Below are positions 4,196 through 6,762 of a DNA stretch of 6,762 nt, piece by piece. A model generated the notes under the pieces. It saw nothing but the letters and a program-made list of their open reading frames with translations, was not told the origin of the DNA and ran no database searches. Numbering within the stretch: the stretch's first letter is position 1; each line of letters begins with the position of its first letter. Origin of the DNA: a virus (taxonomy: Duplodnaviria; Heunggongvirae; Uroviricota; Caudoviricetes). Both the position numbers and the translations under genes were made by a program. The DNA lies in the IMG/VR virus record IMGVR_UViG_3300028991_000035; one strand, given 5' to 3'.

Positions 4196-6667
4196 TTAAA
4201 AATCAGCCTGGTTCGGGAACAGTTTTTGCCAGATAGCTGAAACGTATTTCGCCTGGTAACGTGCATCGTGCAGGGCATTATGGCGTTCACCTTCGAATGG
4301 AATAGTCGTTATTGCGTCGAAATCCATCACCAGTCCCAGAGCAACCATCGTTCTTACATCGCGATCATTGGTGTAACGCCACGGGCAGGGGATCCCCTGC
4401 CGTTCATATGAACGGCGTAAAATCACGTTGTCGAAAGTTGCACCGTTACCCCAGACCTGAACAAAAAATTCACCGGAGTTTTCGTCGATAAATTCCCGTA
4501 ATTGCAGCAGTGCATCATCTAACGGGATTTCATCGGTAAGAATGGCGGATTGTGCTTCGCGTGACTGTTTCAGCCACCACTTAATGGTGTCCCGATCGAT
4601 GACCCCGCCTGCAGTTTCCAGATCGATAGTTTTGCTGAATTCTGGCCCCATCTCTCCGGTTGCCGGATCAAAAAACTTACCGGCTATGGTGTTTATTGGC
4701 GCATCAGGATTTTTTCCCATTGTTTCAAGGTCAATCATCAGATGGTGCCACAACCTGCTGGTGGATGTGATTTCATGATGACCGTTCACTTTAATTAAGG
4801 GATTTGCTGTCTCGCCAGTTTTATTATCGCTGGCGTGATACTGATCGCTGCCAGTGTTCTCCTTGTGCAGATGTTCAGTGCCTTCCATTTCCTCCGGAGC
4901 ATTTTCCTGAGCTTCAGCCTGATTCTCTTCATCGAATGTTTCCTGGTAGGTTGCGTCGCCCATCACCGTGCCACAATCAGGGCAGTTGCCGCCACCGCTC
5001 TGACCGCAGGCGGTACAGACTTTTTCCTCTTCCTGTTGCGCTACTGGTTCGGATTGTTTCGTTTCTGGCTCGTCTTGTAACGCATTTGGGCTGTTTTGCT
5101 CCGCTTTTTGGTCGTTCTGTTCCGTTTCTGACTGGTTCTGATTCACAGAATCGCAGGTTTCAATCCCCTTCACCCATTTCGGATCATTCGGGGCGCTAAT
5201 CCCTGCAACAAACTCGCCACGTGATGCAGCAAGCAACTTATCGGCGTCAGGCTGGCTGATATTGGTTGCCTGCATAATTTTGTTTACTTCGTCAGCGGTA
5301 ACTTTTACCGGCTCTGGTTGTTCTGAATGTTCAGATGTATCTGTATTTTGCGGTAAGCCCGTGTATGTGCCGTTTTTGCGGGCAAAATATTCTTCTTTCG
5401 TGATTTCAGTAGCCCCGGCAGCCAGCGCCTTGTCCAGACCAGAAAGTTTGTTTGCACGACCGTATTTTTCCCCGTCCTTATCGGTAAAGACGAAATAAAA
5501 AGGCCCTTCACGCTCTACAGATGGTTCGACTTCCACTTTGCATTCGGTTTTTTCGTTGTCCGGCATTGCCGTTTCCACTGCATCAGCTTCTGGTACTGGC
5601 GACGGGAGAGTATTAGTTGTGCTCTGATTTGTTCCTTCATCTTCAAATACGCCCTTTGTAGTCAGGTATTCAGTGATGTATTTGTTCAGCGCCACGGGAT
5701 CTTTATGAATGTCGATCGGACGTTCACAAACAAGGCCGAAAATAGTCTGACGGCTGTATAGAAGTGCATCAGGCTGTTTGCGCATTGATGCAGAGATACG
5801 CTTCCAGTCTTCGCGATCCTTGTCGATAACCTCATTTGTCGCCCAGCGATGGATGGTACCGTCAATGTTTCCTGCATCCACATCACCGGGCCAGAGGGCG
5901 CAGGCCAGTTCATTGTCGAGTGTTTTCCATGTCTGTTTGTATTCGCGGCGAACGGCAACAGTGACAGACCTGGTTTTTTCAGCAGCGTTTTCAGTGTGCT
6001 GTTGGTTTACCCTTGAACGGGCGATATCAACGACAGATGTGTATTTCCCGGTTTCTTTGCGCTCGCCTTCCCGACGTTTTTTCCAGATGCGCATCTCTGC
6101 CTGAATTTCTGGCCATTTGGCACCAGGCTTACATTTATGCTTAACCCACCCGATGGCATGCAGCTTAAGCTCCGGATACATGGCGTTAACTTCTGGCATT
6201 TTCATCAACGCTTCAACGATATGTCCGTCGAATGTTGCCATGTCTTCCTGCAATAATTCCTGTGCGCTAATCACCATATCAACGGTGATGTTTTCACATG
6301 TGTCGAACTTAACCATGACGGCGTTCTGTACTTCAGGGGCCAGGTTGTCAAAAGTGACGTTCATTGGGTCGGATTCGGGTTCGACCGGGACAAAGGAAGC
6401 AGACGACTCATCCCAGCGGGTTTCCTGCATATATTCGGTATCCCAGGAATCAAGGGCAGGGCGGGGTATACCGGGTTTATCCTCGCAGACAATAAATTTA
6501 TAAGCGCAGTCCTGAGCAGCAGGATAATGTTCCAGAAATTGCCAGTGAAATTTTGCGCGGGCACGGCGTTCGTCTCCAGCTTCAATGGCAGTGGCCACCG
6601 CAACAGCGCTATCTTCTTTTATGGCCTGTTCATCAGGAATAGCGGCGCAAATAAAGACCTTACTCAT
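4196..6667 (-). CDS. Large prophage early protein, 823 aa: RecE (exonuclease VIII)-like N-terminal and middle regions, central acidic linker with a Cys4 zinc ribbon, C-terminal DEDDh (DnaQ-like 3'-5') exonuclease domain
   Basis: Uninterrupted 2472-nt ORF with start ATG at 6667..6665 and a GAGG Shine-Dalgarno upstream. DEDDh motifs are present: MIDLETMG (IDLET encoded by 4721-4735), VWGNGATFDNVIL and HNALHDARY. The zinc ribbon is CTACGQSGGGNCPDCG (4973-5017). The segment DKLLAASRGEFVAGISAPNDPKWVKGIETCD matches a segment I recall from Rac RecE. Confidence 0.85.
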   Translation of the reverse strand: MSKVFICAAIPDEQAIKEDSAVAVATAIEAGDERRARAKFHWQFLEHYPAAQDCAYKFIVCEDKPGIPRPALDSWDTEYMQETRWDESSASFVPVEPESDPMNVTFDNLAPEVQNAVMVKFDTCENITVDMVISAQELLQEDMATFDGHIVEALMKMPEVNAMYPELKLHAIGWVKHKCKPGAKWPEIQAEMRIWKKRREGERKETGKYTSVVDIARSRVNQQHTENAAEKTRSVTVAVRREYKQTWKTLDNELACALWPGDVDAGNIDGTIHRWATNEVIDKDREDWKRISASMRKQPDALLYSRQTIFGLVCERPIDIHKDPVALNKYITEYLTTKGVFEDEGTNQSTTNTLPSPVPEADAVETAMPDNEKTECKVEVEPSVEREGPFYFVFTDKDGEKYGRANKLSGLDKALAAGATEITKEEYFARKNGTYTGLPQNTDTSEHSEQPEPVKVTADEVNKIMQATNISQPDADKLLAASRGEFVAGISAPNDPKWVKGIETCDSVNQNQSETEQNDQKAEQNSPNALQDEPETKQSEPVAQQEEEKVCTACGQSGGGNCPDCGTVMGDATYQETFDEENQAEAQENAPEEMEGTEHLHKENTGSDQYHASDNKTGETANPLIKVNGHHEITSTSRLWHHLMIDLETMGKNPDAPINTIAGKFFDPATGEMGPEFSKTIDLETAGGVIDRDTIKWWLKQSREAQSAILTDEIPLDDALLQLREFIDENSGEFFVQVWGNGATFDNVILRRSYERQGIPCPWRYTNDRDVRTMVALGLVMDFDAITTIPFEGERHNALHDARYQAKYVSAIWQKLFPNQADF

Positions 6668-6762
6668 TTTGTTTTAACCTCATTACAGATTTCAGGGTGA
6701 ACGAATCCCTGCCATTGCTGGCATTTTTAATCCGTTGGTATGGCGTTAATATGGCTGGGGGG
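6660..6762 (-). CDS. Possible 3' end of an upstream prophage gene (partial, ...GRDSFTLKSVMRLKQNE), overlapping the start of the 823-aa gene
   Basis: The minus-strand frame is open across the whole 6663-6762 segment and ends at TAA (plus 6660-6662), which overlaps the downstream ATG in an ATGAGTAA arrangement. An open frame of 33 codons is only weak evidence, since it would occur by chance about 20 percent of the time. Confidence 0.25.
   Translation of the reverse strand, partial: PPAILTPYQRIKNASNGRDSFTLKSVMRLKQNE

Larger units (their letters stand above)
2857..6762. mobile_element. Left arm of a lambdoid prophage inserted at the 3' side of tRNA-Ser (att region, int, xis, early-left gene); continues beyond the right edge
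   Basis: The integrase stop codon is 52 bp from the tRNA-Ser 3' end. The order int, then xis, then a RecE-like gene, all transcribed toward the att end, matches lambdoid early-left operon organisation. In the E. coli K-12 arrangement I recall, serU is followed by core genes instead. Confidence 0.75.

Noticed and set aside
4542-6603. Nine 68-131-aa ORFs on both strands within the 823-aa gene (for example 4804-5199, 5778-6104, 6117-6503)
   Set aside because: All are nested in the long, well-supported minus-strand ORF. Several are Arg/Ser/Cys-rich, as expected from antisense or off-frame reading of acidic low-complexity coding sequence.
4196-6667. Calling the 823-aa gene recE, or a RecET recombination module
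   Set aside because: Only a non-catalytic segment resembles RecE as I recall it, the catalytic domain motifs are DEDDh-type, and no annealase gene is visible. I left the gene symbol empty.
1-6762. CRISPR array, IS element or transposase, rRNA, toxin-antitoxin pair or dedicated defence operon
   Set aside because: There are no spacer-interleaved repeats, no terminal inverted repeats flanking a transposase-like ORF, and no rRNA-like sequence. All substantial ORFs are accounted for by integrases, xis, mtfA and the exonuclease-like gene.

Overview
This window reads as an Enterobacteriaceae (E. coli-like) chromosomal junction, and I do not see a clear multi-gene novel system in it. The conserved core gene mtfA (1876-2673, -) lies between tRNA-Asn (1700-1775, -) and tRNA-Ser(CGA) (2767-2856, +), and both tRNA 3' ends abut integrated mobile DNA. 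Left of tRNA-Asn is an intact P4-family tyrosine integrase (246-1520, -), marking the end of a tRNA-associated island that runs off the left edge. Right of tRNA-Ser is the left arm of a lambdoid prophage: a lambda-type integrase (2909-3934, -), a translationally coupled excisionase-like gene (3934-4137, -) and an 823-aa RecE-like protein (4196-6667, -). That protein is the most interesting item: its C-terminal domain carries DEDDh (DnaQ-like 3'-5' exonuclease) motifs and it has a central zinc ribbon. Other items worth follow-up are short repeat clusters at both tRNA-integrase junctions, a perfect 10-bp palindrome upstream of xis, and an orphan terminator hairpin left of the P4-type integrase. 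There is no CRISPR array, rRNA, IS element or obvious toxin or defence operon. All homology statements come from reading the translations and from recall, not from database searches.
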